64,000 nucleotides of DNA from Nitrospinales bacterium (GCA_965223345.1 CBDCWG010000012.1:3264001-3328000); one strand, 5' to 3'. Counted from the stretch's first letter, positions 7,887 to 18,022 are shown. The notes: generated by a model not told the origin, from the sequence alone. Translations and numbers: made by a program.

Positions 7887-9242
7887 ATGATGGAAACCAG
7901 ATTCGTTTGCCAAACGACGGTCATTCTCTGCACCTGGCTGTTCTTGAGTCTCGTGCCTAAGGTTGCCATTGCCAAAGGCGAAGTCGATCCGCAGCTGGTC
8001 GGCACCTGGAAGCTCAACTACCCCGGTCCGCCCACGTTCTGGGTCGTTCGCGCGGACGGCGTCTACCGGATACACGGTCCGCAGACCGCGGCCCACAGCC
8101 ATCGCGGTGAGTTTCAGGCCGCCAAAGGCAAGTGGTCGCTGAACTCTCCGAAGTGGCAGGACGGCGGGACATACGAGTTGAAGGATGAGAACACCTGGGT
8201 TGCGATCGGCAAGCTGGGCGCCGGCACCTGGAGCCGGGTCTGGAAGCCCGGCGATCCGCAGTCCGGACCGCCCGCCCCCACTCCCGCCTGCGAGTTGCTG
8301 ACGCTCGACGAAGTCGCGCGCGTGCTGGAAGCGCCGGTGTCCAAGGCCAAACGGCAGGGCGGGCCCGATGAAGGCTGCAAGTTCAAATCGGCGTTGAACG
8401 ATTACGAGCGGCTGACGCTGTGGATGACGCACGGCAGCACCATCACCGATACGTTTCAGCGCGAGCGCAAGGGGGCGAAGTCCGCGATCGATGTTCCGGG
8501 TGTGGGCCGTGCGGCGTACGCCACGATCTCCCGCAACGGCATCCTGCTGATCCATGTGCTGGGAAACGAGGGTTTCGACAAAAGCCGCCACGCCAACATG
8601 GGGACCCTGTTCAAACTGTCCCTCAAGGTCCTGCCGAAAGCGACGCAGGCGGAGATCCCTTTGCTGGCGAACCTCGCCAAACGGGCGTTCGAGCGCTGGG
8701 GCGGCAAGAAACCGCTGCGCGTGAATCCGCGCAAGAAATCGTCCTCTGCCCCCAAAGGCTTCAGCCTGGGCTCGTTGTTGGGCGCCGGCACTCCCCTGCC
8801 GCCGGGCGACAAGGGCGCCTGTCTGGTCTCGGCCGATGAAATCGAAAACGCGATCGGCGTGCCGTTTGAGGACGGCAAGTCGTACGGATCGCCCCAGCTG
8901 CAGGGCAGTGTCAAGAAAGCCATCTGCAAATACCGGCAGCGGCAGGGCCACGGCGGCGAAATCGCGATCGCCTTTCACTCGCGCAGCTCGACGCGGCAGA
9001 CCTGGATGCGCCGGAAAGGGAAACCGGAATTTTACGATTACCAGTATGTGCCCGGCATCGGCGATGACGCCTACTGGCATTTTGTGGAGAGCGGGTCGCT
9101 TCTGCGCGTCAGCGCCCTGTATGGCAACGGTCAGCTGAATATAGAATGGAAGGGCAACGAGCGCTGGGGAACCGGGCCCACCGAAGATCAAAAGGAACCG
9201 ATGCTCAGCCTGCTCAAGGTGGCCGGCAAACGGCTGCAGTGA
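7887..9242 (+). CDS. Secreted hypothetical protein with two internal DUF3558-like repeats
   Basis: Signal peptide; duplicated AC.L...DE...(V/I) ... C(K)(F/Y) ... VPG(V/I)G..AY pattern. Confidence 0.7.
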   Translation: MMETRFVCQTTVILCTWLFLSLVPKVAIAKGEVDPQLVGTWKLNYPGPPTFWVVRADGVYRIHGPQTAAHSHRGEFQAAKGKWSLNSPKWQDGGTYELKDENTWVAIGKLGAGTWSRVWKPGDPQSGPPAPTPACELLTLDEVARVLEAPVSKAKRQGGPDEGCKFKSALNDYERLTLWMTHGSTITDTFQRERKGAKSAIDVPGVGRAAYATISRNGILLIHVLGNEGFDKSRHANMGTLFKLSLKVLPKATQAEIPLLANLAKRAFERWGGKKPLRVNPRKKSSSAPKGFSLGSLLGAGTPLPPGDKGACLVSADEIENAIGVPFEDGKSYGSPQLQGSVKKAICKYRQRQGHGGEIAIAFHSRSSTRQTWMRRKGKPEFYDYQYVPGIGDDAYWHFVESGSLLRVSALYGNGQLNIEWKGNERWGTGPTEDQKEPMLSLLKVAGKRLQ

Positions 9243-9263
9243 CTGCGCCGGTGCATCGACGCT

Positions 9264-9440
9264 TCACCCTGTGATTTTTTTAGACAAGCCCGCCACTTCG
9301 ATCCAGCGGGTGTTGGAGGCGTTGCGCAACTTCAGGACCCCCGTCGCGTTGTCCTGCCACCACATGTGCGGACACGTGTTCACGGGTTCGCCGGGGCTGT
9401 GATCCTGCATCCCCTTCATCGATTCTGCTTTGATTACCAT
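9264..9440 (-). CDS. 58-aa microprotein (not in the ORF track)
   Basis: GGAGGA RBS 6 nt before the ATG at 9440; MVIKAESMKGMQDHSPGEPVNTCPHMWWQDNATGVLKLRNASNTRWIEVAGLSKKITG; TGA ends at 9264. Confidence 0.6.
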   Translation of the reverse strand: MVIKAESMKGMQDHSPGEPVNTCPHMWWQDNATGVLKLRNASNTRWIEVAGLSKKITG

Positions 9441-9530
9441 TATGGTTCCTCCGGACGGATGGGTTGAGGCGCCCTCTTTTTACCCCGGGCGCCTGGATGC
9501 AAAGCGTTCGGTTCGATTAAAGTCCGGGCT

Positions 9531-9815
9531 TCAAGCCAGAGCCAACCCGTTGAGGCTTCTTTGCAGACCGGCCAGGCTGCTGGAATGGCTGCGCTCGATC
9601 GGAATGCCGTATTTTCTCGAAGCGATAACGACTTCCCGCACCAGGCTGTGCGACACGGTGTCCGTGAACAGCACGATCCCGTTGAATCCATTGAGCCTTT
9701 TCCCCATATCGGGGACTCTCTGGCTGAAAATTTTTATCCGCAGACCCCGTTTTTTCCCCTTCTGGGTGTACAAATGCTTCAACCGGTCCAACCCTCCTAT
9801 GACTGCGACACTCAT
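9531..9815 (-). CDS. DUF2325 domain protein
   Basis: MSVAVIGG.DRL...Y, IVLFTDTVSH and HSSS...L signature; AGGAGG RBS. Confidence 0.85.
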   Translation of the reverse strand: MSVAVIGGLDRLKHLYTQKGKKRGLRIKIFSQRVPDMGKRLNGFNGIVLFTDTVSHSLVREVVIASRKYGIPIERSHSSSLAGLQRSLNGLALA

Positions 9816-9840
9816 GACACCTCCTGGCTGATCATATTTT

Positions 9841-9890
9841 AATAATGAGAATCATTATCATAATGTACCGCCATAGCTGGAGGGGGTCAA
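9841..9890 (-). promoter_or_regulatory. Sigma70 promoter with an adjacent Fur box
   Basis: AATAATGAGAATCATTATC (9841-9859) matches the GATAATGATAATCATTATC Fur consensus at 17/19; minus-strand TTGACC (9890-9885) N17 TACATT (9867-9862). Confidence 0.85.
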
Positions 9891-10140
9891 GCTTTTTTTA
9901 ATCTTATTTCGTGGGTTGTCGGCCTGGGGCTTCCGGATTCACACAGGACGGATCCTCTTTCGCAAAATAAACAAGGGGCTGAACGAAACCGTCCAGCCCG
10001 CGCGCTCGCTCCGCCCTGCTTTTCCAACACGAATCGTCCGTCAAGCTGTTGTTCCACAAACGATAAATGGGAAGAGCCATGAAATGGTTCGCCAAGGCGG
10101 GTGTGCGGCTGAAGGGGCGTCCGGAAAACGGGAAGTAAGA

Positions 10141-10156
10141 TCACAGATATTTGTGA
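10141..10156. promoter_or_regulatory. Palindromic operator candidate upstream of mlaC
   Basis: TCACA-GATATT-TGTGA. Confidence 0.35.
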
Positions 10157-10239
10157 CTAAATTACTTTATAAATTTATACAAATATTTATAATTACCGGA
10201 CAATCAACAAAATCAACAGCACTAAAAGGGGCTCATTCA

Positions 10240-10881
10240 ATGAAGAAACGACTCTTCGTAGTGAGATTGTCTGCTCTGGGGTTGGCATTCATGTTGTCCT
10301 GCTTTTCCCATACGGCATTCGCATCTGAAATCACCAAAAGCTTGAAAGCCACCGTCGATTCCGTCATCACGATCGTCAAAGACGAAAACCTGAAGAACAA
10401 CACAACGGTACGAAGGGAAAAGCTTCGGGAAGTGATCGGCAAACGCTTCGATTACAAGCAAATGGCGATGCGGTCTCTGGATAAAGAGTGGAAGGGAAGG
10501 ACTCCTGCAGAAAAAAAGGAATTTGTCGATCTGTTCAAGCGGCTTCTTGAAAATTCCTATGCGGAAAAAATCGAATCCTTCAGCGATGAAAAGATCAATT
10601 ACATCAGCGAAAAAGTGGTCAAAGGGAAGTACGCGCTGATAAAAACGGAAATCGCCCGCAAGGACGGCATCATCGAAGTGGATTACAAACTGATCAATAT
10701 GAATGGCGACTGGCTGGTCTACGATTTTGTGGTTGAAAAAGTCAGCATGGTGCGCAACTACCGCTCGCAGTTCAATAAAATCATCCGCAAGGAATCCTAC
10801 GAGGCTCTGGTAAAAAAATTATCAGAGAAAGGAAACAGCATCGAGGCGCATTACAAAAACTCTGTGGGCGAAAAGCTTTAG
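10240..10881 (+). CDS. mlaC: MlaC/Ttg2D phospholipid-binding periplasmic protein
   Basis: Signal peptide from ATG 10240; FDYKQMAMRSL..EW and WLVYDFVVEKVSMVRNYRSQF motifs. Confidence 0.9.
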   Translation: MKKRLFVVRLSALGLAFMLSCFSHTAFASEITKSLKATVDSVITIVKDENLKNNTTVRREKLREVIGKRFDYKQMAMRSLDKEWKGRTPAEKKEFVDLFKRLLENSYAEKIESFSDEKINYISEKVVKGKYALIKTEIARKDGIIEVDYKLINMNGDWLVYDFVVEKVSMVRNYRSQFNKIIRKESYEALVKKLSEKGNSIEAHYKNSVGEKL

Positions 10882-10963
10882 TAAATTGTAAAGCAGCATA
10901 GGGAATGGGAAGCATTTTTTGGTTTCATCGTTTCCCTCCTTACGAGAAAGTAAAATTCGAGAC

Positions 10964-11025
10964 AAAAAAAAACCAGCTGCACCGGCGACTGAGGCATCGA
11001 GGCCGATCGCAGCTGGTTTTTCTTT
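10964..11025. terminator. Large-loop, possibly bidirectional terminator hairpin
   Basis: AAAAACCAGCTGC (10968-10980) pairs with GCAGCTGGTTTTT (11009-11021). Confidence 0.55.
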
Positions 11026-11221
11026 ATTGAATTCCAACCCGTGTCCCTTCCCTCCCGCTCCAGGGAGCCCTCCCCCGGATCTTCGTTCGAGCGAACGCCC
11101 TGCTAAAGACCCAGACGAACCGGTTTTCTCTCCCCCATTTATGCCGGTGTCATGTAACGGCCAGTAATATATAATATTATTGCCTCACGTATCTTCGTCC
11201 ACTTTGCGGGAATTGCGCCTC

Positions 11222-12583
11222 ATGAACAAAAAACTGCTCGTCTTGCCTGGAATTATTCTGGGGATCGCCGCGGTGTTTTTCCTGGTCAAGAGCAAACAAG
11301 AGCCCGGACGATCCGATGTCACCGAGCGGACCAAAGCGGTGCGGGCGATCGTGGTGCAGGCAATGGATTTTGTCCCCCGCGCTCTGGGCTACGGGTATGT
11401 CCAGCCGGATAAACTCTGGGAGGCGGTGGCAGAGGTGAAGGGCAAAATCGTCGAAATCCACCCCAACCTGAAAAGGGGTGTCTTTCTGAAACAAGGGGAA
11501 TTGCTCTTTCGGATCGAACCGGACGCCAGCCGCCTTGCGGTGGAGGGCATCGATGCAGACATTCTCAACGTCCGGGCCCGGGTGGCTGAGTTGGACCAGA
11601 ACCTCAAGGACACGCAGAGGCAATTGGAAATTGAAAAGCGGTCCCTGGAAATCAATAAAAATGAACTGGAACGCAAAAAGAAATTATTTGCGGAAGGATT
11701 CATCTCCAAATCCGAACTGGATAAGGAAAATCAGCGTCTGCTGGTGCAGAAAAATGTCGTCGAGAATTACAAAAGCACGTTGAATCGCCTGCCCGCTGAA
11801 CGCCGTGCTCTGCTGGCGACACTGGCTTCCCACCGGGCCAGACGGCAGGACGCCCGCCTGAATCTGGAAAAAACGGTGATTCGGGCGCCTTTCGACAGCC
11901 GGGTCTCCAAAGTGGACGTGGAGCTGGGACAGGCGGTGACGGTGGGTCAGGTCCTTGCAGAGGCGGACAGCATTGCGGTGGCGGAGATCGACACACAAAT
12001 CCCGCGCTACCAATTGAAAAATCTGTTTCCCAAAGATGCTCCCCGTTCTCTGACCATGGAAAACTTACAGGATGTCACCCGCGGCGACCGGGGCAAACTG
12101 CTCAATTTCGGTGCGGTGGTCCGCATCGATCTGCAAGGTGAAATCGTGGAGTGGCCCGCCCGTTTCTCCCGCTTCACGGAGCTGGACCCCAAAACGGGAA
12201 CCGTCGGCATCGTCGTTTCTGTGGACGACCCTTATCTGAAAGCCCAGCCCGGGAAGCGCCCGCCGTTGCAGAAAAACTTTTACTGTGAGGTGGAGTTGTT
12301 CGCCCAGGCGCAGCCGAATCGTATCGTCATCCCCCGTTCCGCTCTGCATGAAAACACGGTCTACCGGGTGGGTCCCGATGACAGACTGCAAAAGCAGGAA
12401 GTCCAGGTTGATTTTTTCCAGGGAAATCTGGCCGTGATCCGATCCGGAATCCAGCCCGGCGACCGGATCATCGTGAGTGACGTGATTCCCGCTATCGAAG
12501 GAATGCTCCTGTCCGTCCACATCGAAAAGGATCTCGTTTCGGATCTGGCGCAAAGCCCGACACAACCTCCTGCGGCCCAATGA
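11222..12583 (+). CDS. RND efflux periplasmic adaptor (membrane fusion protein)
   Basis: N-terminal TM, EVKGKIV lipoyl half, coiled coil, IRAPFD.RV, VIPRSAL and GIQPGDRII; start placed at ATG 11222. Confidence 0.9.
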   Translation: MNKKLLVLPGIILGIAAVFFLVKSKQEPGRSDVTERTKAVRAIVVQAMDFVPRALGYGYVQPDKLWEAVAEVKGKIVEIHPNLKRGVFLKQGELLFRIEPDASRLAVEGIDADILNVRARVAELDQNLKDTQRQLEIEKRSLEINKNELERKKKLFAEGFISKSELDKENQRLLVQKNVVENYKSTLNRLPAERRALLATLASHRARRQDARLNLEKTVIRAPFDSRVSKVDVELGQAVTVGQVLAEADSIAVAEIDTQIPRYQLKNLFPKDAPRSLTMENLQDVTRGDRGKLLNFGAVVRIDLQGEIVEWPARFSRFTELDPKTGTVGIVVSVDDPYLKAQPGKRPPLQKNFYCEVELFAQAQPNRIVIPRSALHENTVYRVGPDDRLQKQEVQVDFFQGNLAVIRSGIQPGDRIIVSDVIPAIEGMLLSVHIEKDLVSDLAQSPTQPPAAQ

Positions 12584-15500
12584 ATTCCAAGAGCACACTG
12601 CTGGGTTATTTTGCCGGCCACCCCACCGCTTCCAACCTCCTGATGGTCACGTTGATGTTTCTGGGCTTTCTCGTGTTGAAAGACATCCGCCGGGAAACGT
12701 TTCCCGATTTTGCCCCCACCGAAGTCGAAACGCTGGTGGTTTATCCGGGCGCCAGTGCAGAGGAAATCGAAGAAGCCATTTGCCAGCGTTTGGAAAAAGC
12801 CGTGGAAAAGGTGAACGATATTCTGGAAATACGCTGCGAGGCGCGGGAAAACCAGGCCCGCTTCGTTGCGGAGATGCGGGAGGACGGCGACATTCAGCAG
12901 TTTCTGGATGACATCAAAACCGAGGTGGAGGCGATCGACGACTTCCCGGAAAAAACCGAAAGCCCCATCATCCGCCAACTGGGACGGACGAATGCGGTGG
13001 TTTCGATCGCCGTGACGGGTCCCATGTCGGTTTCGGATCTGAAGATCTTCTGCGAGAACCTGAAAGACCGCCTGCTGCTTCTTGAAGAGGTCTCTCAGGT
13101 GGACATTCAGGGATTTTCCGATCACCAGATTCAGGTGCAGATCCGCGGAAAAAAAATGATGCAGTTCGGCCTGAGTATTTTCAACATCACCGACGCCATC
13201 AAAAACCAGAACATCGATCTGCCCGCGGGCACGATCGAAACACCGGGAGCCGACGTTCTGATCCGTTTTTCAGACGAGCGGCACAAGATCCGGGAATACG
13301 AGGATCTCCTGGTGATGTCGCGCAAGACAGGAGAAGAAGTCCGCTTGGGGGATATCGCCAAAATCGTCGATCGCTTCGAACTGGACGAAGAAAAAATCCT
13401 GCTCAACGGTCAGCGTGCGGGCCTGCTCGCCATCAAGAAGCAGAAAAAAGAGGATTCGCTGCGCATCATTCAGGCGGTGCGGGAACTGCTGGAGAAAGAG
13501 CGCCGGGCGCTGCCGCCGGACATCCAGTTGACCCTCACCGAAAACATGACGGACATCGTTCAGGACCGTTTGACCATGCTGGTCAAAAACGGCATCCAGG
13601 GGCTGATCCTGGTCTTTTTGACGCTGTGGCTGTTCTTTTCGCTCCGGCTGTCGTTTTGGGTATCGATGGGACTTCCGGTGTCGTTTTTGGGCGCCTTGTT
13701 CCTCATGAAATATTTCGATTTTTCCATCAACATGCTGACCATGGTGGGCCTTCTTTTGGCCCTGGGCCTGATCATGGATGACGCCATCGTCATTGCGGAA
13801 AATGTGGTTTCGCAACTGGCACGCGGCAAATCCGCCCTGCAGGCCGCTGTCGAGGGAACGCGGGAAGTGGCGCCGGGCGTCTTCTCCTCGTTTTTGACCA
13901 CCGTCGCGGTGTTCGGTTCGATCCCCCTGTTTCTGGAAGGGGAAATCGGGAAAGTGCTCTGGGTGATACCCGTCGTGCTGATATTGACGCTCAGCATCAG
14001 TCTGATCGAAGCGTTCTGCATCCTGCCCAACCACCTGCACCATTCCCTCAAAAAATTCGAGTCCGACCCGATGTCGAAATCGAAAACCCGGCAATCCATT
14101 GAGAATGCGATCGTCACGTTTCGCGAACGGGTTCTGGGCCGGTGCGTCGATTGGGGAGTGCGCTGGCGTTATCTTTTTGTGGGGCTTTTGATTTTCGTCT
14201 TCATGCTCTCGGTGGGCATGGTGGCGGGTGGCAAGATGAAACTCATCGGCTTTCCCGAAATCGACGGCAACGTGCTGCAGGCGCGGATCCTGCTGCCGCA
14301 GGGAACGCCCATCAAGAAAACCGAAGGCGTGGTGGACCGGGTTCTGGACGCTCTGCAGACCGTCAACGGCGAGTTGACCCCCTTGCAGCCTGAAGGACAG
14401 TCCCTGGTGCAAAATGTAACGGTGAAGTTCAATAAAAACCTGGATGCGTACGAAGCCGGTCCGCATGTGGCGACCGTTTCCGTGGACCTTTTGAAAGCGG
14501 AGGTGCGCAACGCCACGCTCGACGACATTTCCAGCCGGTGGCGCAAATACGTCGGGGACTTGCCGGAAGTCATCAACATCACCTATAAGGAACCGGCCAT
14601 CGGTCCGGGTGGATTGCCCATAGAGATCCGCCTGCAGGGCCAGGACCTCACCCGCTTGAAACAGGCCTCTCTGGAACTGCAGAACTGGTTGAATCGATAC
14701 GCAGGCGTGGTGGACCTCAACGACGATTCGCGCCCCGGCAAACCGGAAATCCGTGTGCGCATGAAGCGGGGCGCCCTCGCCAAGGGACTGGACGCCGCCA
14801 TGATCGCCAACCAGTTGCGTGCGGCTTTTTACGGCAGAACCGCCAGTGAAATCCAGGTGGGACCGGAATCCTACGAAGTGGACGTGCGGCTGGCCGAAAG
14901 CGACCAGAACAGCATCGCCGATCTGGAACTTTTTTACGTGACCGACGAAGCGGGCAACCTGTTCCCGATCGGCGAGGTCGCGCATCTGGAACCCTCCCGC
15001 GGTGTGGCCCGCATATACAGGATCAACGGTTTGCGAACGATCACGATTCAAAGCGACATCGACACCCAGATCGCCAACGCCAACGAAATCCTGCAGGAAA
15101 CCAAATCACAGTTTCTCCCCGGACTCCGGGAACGCTACCCGGAAGTCACGGTCTCCGTGGAGGGGCAACAGAAAGAATCGCAGACCACAGGCCGGTCCAT
15201 GGGCACCGCCTTCGCCGTCGGCATCTTTGCCATCTTTGTGCTGCTGAGCTTTCAGTTCCGCAGCTACCTGGAATCCATCGTGGTGATGACGGCCATTCCC
15301 CTTTCCCTGATCGGGGTCATCTGGGGGCATTGGATCATGGGGCTGGACCTGTCGATGGTCAGCATCATGGGATTCATATCGCTGACCGGGGTGGTGATCA
15401 ACGATTCGATTCTGCTGGTTCAGTTTCTGAAAAAAGGATTGGAATCCGGCATACCGGTTCAGGAGGCAGCGCGCAAAGCCAGCCGGCAACGATTTCGAGC

Positions 15501-15705
15501 GGTGCTTTTGACTTCGCTCACCACCATTGCCGGCCTGGTCCCGCTGTTGCTGGAAAAAAGCCTGCAGGCTCAGGTATTGATCCCGCTGGTCACCAGCATC
15601 GTTTTCGGCTTGATCGCATCCACCGTTCTCGTTCTGATTGTGATTCCCGTATTGTTTTCCATTCTCGGTGATTTCAGTCCCATTCAAACCAGAAACAGCG
15701 CATGA
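12580..15705 (+). CDS. RND efflux permease (AcrB/AcrD/AcrF family)
   Basis: 1041 aa; GLIMDDAIVIAEN, GVVINDSILL and RFRAVLLTSLTTIAGLVPL motifs; ATGA overlap with the adaptor gene. Confidence 0.95.
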   Translation: MNSKSTLLGYFAGHPTASNLLMVTLMFLGFLVLKDIRRETFPDFAPTEVETLVVYPGASAEEIEEAICQRLEKAVEKVNDILEIRCEARENQARFVAEMREDGDIQQFLDDIKTEVEAIDDFPEKTESPIIRQLGRTNAVVSIAVTGPMSVSDLKIFCENLKDRLLLLEEVSQVDIQGFSDHQIQVQIRGKKMMQFGLSIFNITDAIKNQNIDLPAGTIETPGADVLIRFSDERHKIREYEDLLVMSRKTGEEVRLGDIAKIVDRFELDEEKILLNGQRAGLLAIKKQKKEDSLRIIQAVRELLEKERRALPPDIQLTLTENMTDIVQDRLTMLVKNGIQGLILVFLTLWLFFSLRLSFWVSMGLPVSFLGALFLMKYFDFSINMLTMVGLLLALGLIMDDAIVIAENVVSQLARGKSALQAAVEGTREVAPGVFSSFLTTVAVFGSIPLFLEGEIGKVLWVIPVVLILTLSISLIEAFCILPNHLHHSLKKFESDPMSKSKTRQSIENAIVTFRERVLGRCVDWGVRWRYLFVGLLIFVFMLSVGMVAGGKMKLIGFPEIDGNVLQARILLPQGTPIKKTEGVVDRVLDALQTVNGELTPLQPEGQSLVQNVTVKFNKNLDAYEAGPHVATVSVDLLKAEVRNATLDDISSRWRKYVGDLPEVINITYKEPAIGPGGLPIEIRLQGQDLTRLKQASLELQNWLNRYAGVVDLNDDSRPGKPEIRVRMKRGALAKGLDAAMIANQLRAAFYGRTASEIQVGPESYEVDVRLAESDQNSIADLELFYVTDEAGNLFPIGEVAHLEPSRGVARIYRINGLRTITIQSDIDTQIANANEILQETKSQFLPGLRERYPEVTVSVEGQQKESQTTGRSMGTAFAVGIFAIFVLLSFQFRSYLESIVVMTAIPLSLIGVIWGHWIMGLDLSMVSIMGFISLTGVVINDSILLVQFLKKGLESGIPVQEAARKASRQRFRAVLLTSLTTIAGLVPLLLEKSLQAQVLIPLVTSIVFGLIASTVLVLIVIPVLFSILGDFSPIQTRNSA

Positions 15706-15873
15706 GCCCCCTTCCCTGTCAAAACTTCGACGGACACCCGCACCAGATTTTCGATTCTTTCAGATAAATTGCTATCAATTACATCGATTTTCTGCGCGCT
15801 CTCCGGGAACAGGAATTGCCACTTACGGGGTACCACGCAGCATTTCTGTCAATAATGCCGGGAGCGAGGACGG

Positions 15874-16110
15874 ATGCCGGAATACCTGTTTGTAAAGAGG
15901 CAAAGAGAGATTCGATCGCTGCAAGCCGAACGCGACAACCTGCAAAGAAGGGTTCAGGAACTCACGCAAACGGTTCAATCGTTGATTGAGGAAATCAGGG
16001 ATTTGAATCAAAAAAAGATCGTCTGGCAAGAGCGCGATCACGCATTCGAACGCAAAAGCAGGGCTGGCCGGAGTTTTGAGCGGGGAAACGCAGAGTTCAA
16101 CCTTCCCTAG
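15874..16110 (+). CDS. Small coiled-coil hypothetical protein
   Basis: GAGG RBS; heptad pattern IRSLQAERDNLQRRVQELTQTVQSLIEEIRDL. Confidence 0.55.
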   Translation: MPEYLFVKRQREIRSLQAERDNLQRRVQELTQTVQSLIEEIRDLNQKKIVWQERDHAFERKSRAGRSFERGNAEFNLP

Positions 16111-16260
16111 ATCGATATGCAGCGGTGGCCCCCCAGCACCCCGGCCGGTTTCGGCCCACGGCACTTCGTGATCTCTATCCCCTTGAAATCCGCCGGTTCC
16201 GGCCTATATTCACACTATCCGTACTATCCATTTAAATCCTGCCAAGTGTAGAGGTTGGGA

Positions 16261-16650
16261 ATGAAAGCATCCGTCACAGCATTGCGATTCACCCTGGCGA
16301 TCCTGTTTTCCTTATCAGTTGCCGGCACGGTCCAGGCACAACCCAAATTCGATACCGGTCAAGGCAACGGCGGCAACAACGGCCCGGCCGGTCTGCCGCA
16401 TGGATCGCCGCCCTCCCCTTCGCTCAAGCAAACGCCTGCTCCCGGCAATCCACTAAAAGCCAATCCGTTTCCCAATAGTGGAATGCCATCGTTCAACGGG
16501 TCCCAAATGCCGAAAAAACCCGCAGGCCCCACGATCCTCCAGGGGTCCCGATTGCACAAGAGCGGCCCGCAGCCAACCATCCAGCATTTTCCCCATTCCC
16601 TCGGCCTGAAGGATCGCAACCACAATCCACGATTTCGGCAGAGCAGGTAA
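16261..16650 (+). CDS. Secreted Pro/Gly-rich hypothetical protein
   Basis: Signal peptide ending VQA; low-complexity mature part. Confidence 0.55.
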   Translation: MKASVTALRFTLAILFSLSVAGTVQAQPKFDTGQGNGGNNGPAGLPHGSPPSPSLKQTPAPGNPLKANPFPNSGMPSFNGSQMPKKPAGPTILQGSRLHKSGPQPTIQHFPHSLGLKDRNHNPRFRQSR

Positions 16651-16784
16651 TAACCACACATAAAAAATCAACGCACATTCACAGCGCCCGGCGTCAGCGA
16701 TGACGAGCCCATTCGGACGTAAACGGGATTTCCAGAAACCACTCGGGATTCTCATTCCACGTTGAGCGTGATACCTTTGGTTTT

Positions 16785-17999
16785 GTGAGCGATCCGCAAT
16801 CCGGTTGGAGTGGACGGGAAATGATCTCGGTGGACGGGGAAAACAGGAAAATCGGTCTGGCGCTGTCCGGCGGGGGGTTCCGGGCGTCCATCTTCCATAT
16901 GGGCGTGCTGCGCCGGCTCGCGGAATTCAACCTGCTGGATAAAATCGACGTCCTCTCCACCGTGTCCGGCGGGTCCATCGTCGGCGCTTTTTACGCCCTG
17001 AATCGGAATCTCTGGGGCGACATCGAGCGGCTGGAGAACCGGTTCCTGCAGGGTGTGCAGGCGGACATCCGCTTTCGCGCCCTGACCGGGGCCTGGCTGT
17101 TTCATCCCTTTCTCTTCCTGCGATCCATCGGCCCCGGTTTCTCCCGCACCAACATCATCGCCAGGGAATACGCACGCTTTTTTTTCGGCGGCGCGACTCT
17201 GAAGGATCTGCCGGCGCTGCCCAGGCTGATCATCAACGCCACCAGCCTGAATACGGGCGTGATCTGGAAGTTTTCCAGGGACAAGGTGGGGGACTACAAA
17301 TCCCGTTTCCGCAAGATTGAAGGGTTTCCCGTTTCCCTGGCAGTGGCCGCATCGTCAGCGGTTCCGGGCCTGTTCCCGCCGCTGGTCCTGAGGGAGACGA
17401 AGCCGGCGGATACGGGCAAGCGGATCAGTCTGTCCGACGGCGGGGTGCGGGACAATCAGGGACTCACCAGTATCTTTTCGGAAAAATGCGATTATGTGAT
17501 CAGCAGCGACGCGTCGGGTTTGATCGCCACGCTGCCCAGACCTTCGAAGTTCAGCTACAGGGTGCTGCTGCGCGCCAACAGCATCACCATGAACGCGTCC
17601 CGGGCCTTGTTGATCCAGTCCCTGTTCAGACGCAAAGAGACGGCGGAGATCAGGCAGTTCGTGTTTTTCGATATGAAAGACACGGTGACCTCGGAGGGGC
17701 CGAAACTGCCAAAGCAATTGATCCGCGCGGCCGCCAGCGTCCGTACGGACCTGGATCATTTCTCCGACGCGGAAATCGCCACGATCCGGTACCACGGGTA
17801 CACGCTGATCGATCAAAAGCTGAAAAAGCACGCCCCCGACCTGCTGCAGGGCGCAGACCCGCCGCTCACTTACACGGAACCCTTCCCGGACGATCGCATC
17901 GCCGCTTTCAGCAAAGCCCTGGAGCGTTCGCACAAAAGACGGCTCCTGCCCCGGAATCCGCTGCGCTTGTTTTTCCCGAACCGGTGCGGCCGGTGCTGA
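16785..17999 (+). CDS. Patatin-like phospholipase
   Basis: LALSGGGFRA glycine loop, STVSGG nucleophile elbow and DGG catalytic Asp; start may be ATG 16821. Confidence 0.9.
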   Translation: MSDPQSGWSGREMISVDGENRKIGLALSGGGFRASIFHMGVLRRLAEFNLLDKIDVLSTVSGGSIVGAFYALNRNLWGDIERLENRFLQGVQADIRFRALTGAWLFHPFLFLRSIGPGFSRTNIIAREYARFFFGGATLKDLPALPRLIINATSLNTGVIWKFSRDKVGDYKSRFRKIEGFPVSLAVAASSAVPGLFPPLVLRETKPADTGKRISLSDGGVRDNQGLTSIFSEKCDYVISSDASGLIATLPRPSKFSYRVLLRANSITMNASRALLIQSLFRRKETAEIRQFVFFDMKDTVTSEGPKLPKQLIRAAASVRTDLDHFSDAEIATIRYHGYTLIDQKLKKHAPDLLQGADPPLTYTEPFPDDRIAAFSKALERSHKRRLLPRNPLRLFFPNRCGRC

Positions 18000-18022
18000 T
18001 GCGTGGATGCCGCCGGCCTGTG

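Noticed and set aside
9904..10095. 63-aa minus-strand ORF or structured RNA between DUF2325 and mlaC
   Set aside because: There is no clear RBS or motif, only one modest hairpin, so support is insufficient.
16785..17999. Patatin as a CBASS (CapV-like) effector with the NTase-like gene at 41528 as its cyclase
   Set aside because: The genes are about 24 kb apart, the patatin has no defence neighbours, and the NTase-like gene is embedded in a glycan locus.
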